From Acidimicrobiaceae bacterium (GTDB taxonomy: Bacteria > Actinomycetota > Acidimicrobiia > Acidimicrobiales > Ilumatobacteraceae), in NCBI GenBank assembly GCA_040380855.1, contig JBEIIG010000009.1, positions 10,699-74,698 on the forward strand: 64,000 nucleotides of DNA. Reading direction: 5' to 3'. This document shows positions 63,371 through 64,000 of the stretch, piece by piece. The notes beneath the pieces were generated by a model, which saw only the letters and a program-made list of their open reading frames with translations, made no database searches and had not been told where the DNA came from. Positions within the stretch are counted from its first letter, which is position 1; the number at the start of each line of letters is the position of its first letter. The position numbers and the translations under genes were made by a program.

Positions 63371-64000
63371 ATGACCAAGATCCGCTCCAGTGACAGTTCG
63401 ATGATCGATGATCGCCGCGGCCGAGGTGGTGGCCGCGCTGGCGCGGGTGGTATCCCGGGGATGGGGGGTCTCGGCGGGATGCCTGCCGGGATGAAAGCCG
63501 GCGGCGGCATCGTGGGCCTGATCATCGCCGTGGTGGTGCTGGTGATGTCGGGCGCGCTCGGCGACGACTCGAGCGGCACAGCGAGCAGTGCCGGTGGGCT
63601 GGGCGGCACGGCTGCGGCCGAGGCGTGCACCACCGATCTCGAACAGACCTTGTGCGGTTCGACGATCGATGTCCAGCAGTACTGGAGCAAGGCGCTGCCC
63701 ACGTTCTTCGACACCCCGTATCGCGCCACCAAGACCGTGTTCTTCACGGGCCGCACGTCGACCGGCTGTGGTGCTGCCACGTCGCAGGTCGGCCCCTTCT
63801 ACTGCCCGGCCGACCAGCTCGTGTACTTCGATCTCGACTTCCTCGTCGCGCTCGAGAAGCAGTACATCGGCAAGTCGACCGATCTCGCCCAGCAGTACAT
63901 CGTCGCCCACGAGTACGGCCATCACATCCAGAATCTGCTGGGCACCAGCGATCAGGTGCGCCGCTTGCAGAAGAGCAATCCGGGCCTGGCCAACCAGTAC
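63371..64000 (+). CDS. YpfJ-type neutral zinc metallopeptidase (3' end truncated by the window edge)
   Basis: My own translation from ATG 63371 is open to the window end. It gives a Gly-rich N-terminus, one TM, GPFYCPADQLVYFDLDF and the zinc motif HEYGHH. It is absent from the ORF track because no stop falls in the window. Confidence 0.8.
   Translation, partial: MTKIRSSDSSMIDDRRGRGGGRAGAGGIPGMGGLGGMPAGMKAGGGIVGLIIAVVVLVMSGALGDDSSGTASSAGGLGGTAAAEACTTDLEQTLCGSTIDVQQYWSKALPTFFDTPYRATKTVFFTGRTSTGCGAATSQVGPFYCPADQLVYFDLDFLVALEKQYIGKSTDLAQQYIVAHEYGHHIQNLLGTSDQVRRLQKSNPGLANQY

Overview
High-GC (roughly 70% by eye) chromosomal segment from an actinobacterium (Actinomycetota), centred on the replication origin. 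All product calls rest on reading motifs in the supplied translations; no BLAST or HMM search was run.

Gene content:
- Origin core, leftwards on the minus strand: dnaA, dnaN, recF, a CPBP protease, a DUF721/DciA-like gene, gyrB, gyrA, a TadE-like ORF, a DUF3566 gene and tRNA-Ile.
- Origin core, rightwards on the plus strand: rpmH, rnpA, yidD, yidC, jag, rsmG, two perfect parS sites, parA and parB.
- Next comes a minus-strand block syntenic with the Mycobacterium Rv3909-Rv3915 region. It holds a CwlM-like amidase, trxA, trxB, a membrane protein, an anti-sigma factor, an ECF sigma factor, a Ser/Thr kinase with an extracellular domain, a DUF6049-like protein and a GNAT.
- Then an HDAC-family deacetylase coupled to the CCA-adding enzyme, followed by rpsF-ssb-rpsR-rplI-dnaB.
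- Left arm (1-19.7 kb): metabolic and envelope genes. These include an MFS exporter, a D-aminoacylase, kynA, a PspC-domain two-component triad, two F420-type LLM oxidoreductases with a molybdopterin enzyme, an MgtE_N/CBS plus DUF1003 pair, and hydrolases.
- Right arm (52.6-64 kb): SulP transporter, large LuxR (LAL) regulator, sulfatase-FGE-HAD operon, a DUF222/HNH gene with atypical codon usage, a P450 and a truncated Zn metallopeptidase.

No rRNA, CRISPR array, integrase/prophage, obvious defence island or biosynthetic cluster was seen.

Stop-start coupling is pervasive: at least 13 NTGA junctions (ATGA, GTGA, TTGA) and three 1-nt TGATG/TAATG overlaps. Two further junctions (rnpA-yidD and trxA-cwlM) have no canonical start codon but carry a CTG inside a CTGA overlap.

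There is no clear-cut novel system. The best candidates for something undescribed are:
1. the soluble MgtE_N/CBS protein coupled to the DUF1003 membrane protein;
2. the PspC kinase triad, with a 72-bp nested palindrome in its divergent promoter;
3. a third DnaA-box cluster at the parB/cwlM convergence;
4. an apparently active kinase with an extracellular domain, standing where mycobacteria have MurJ-pseudokinase MviN, next to the DUF6049-like protein.

The many long ORFs antisense to real genes in the track are high-GC shadow ORFs.
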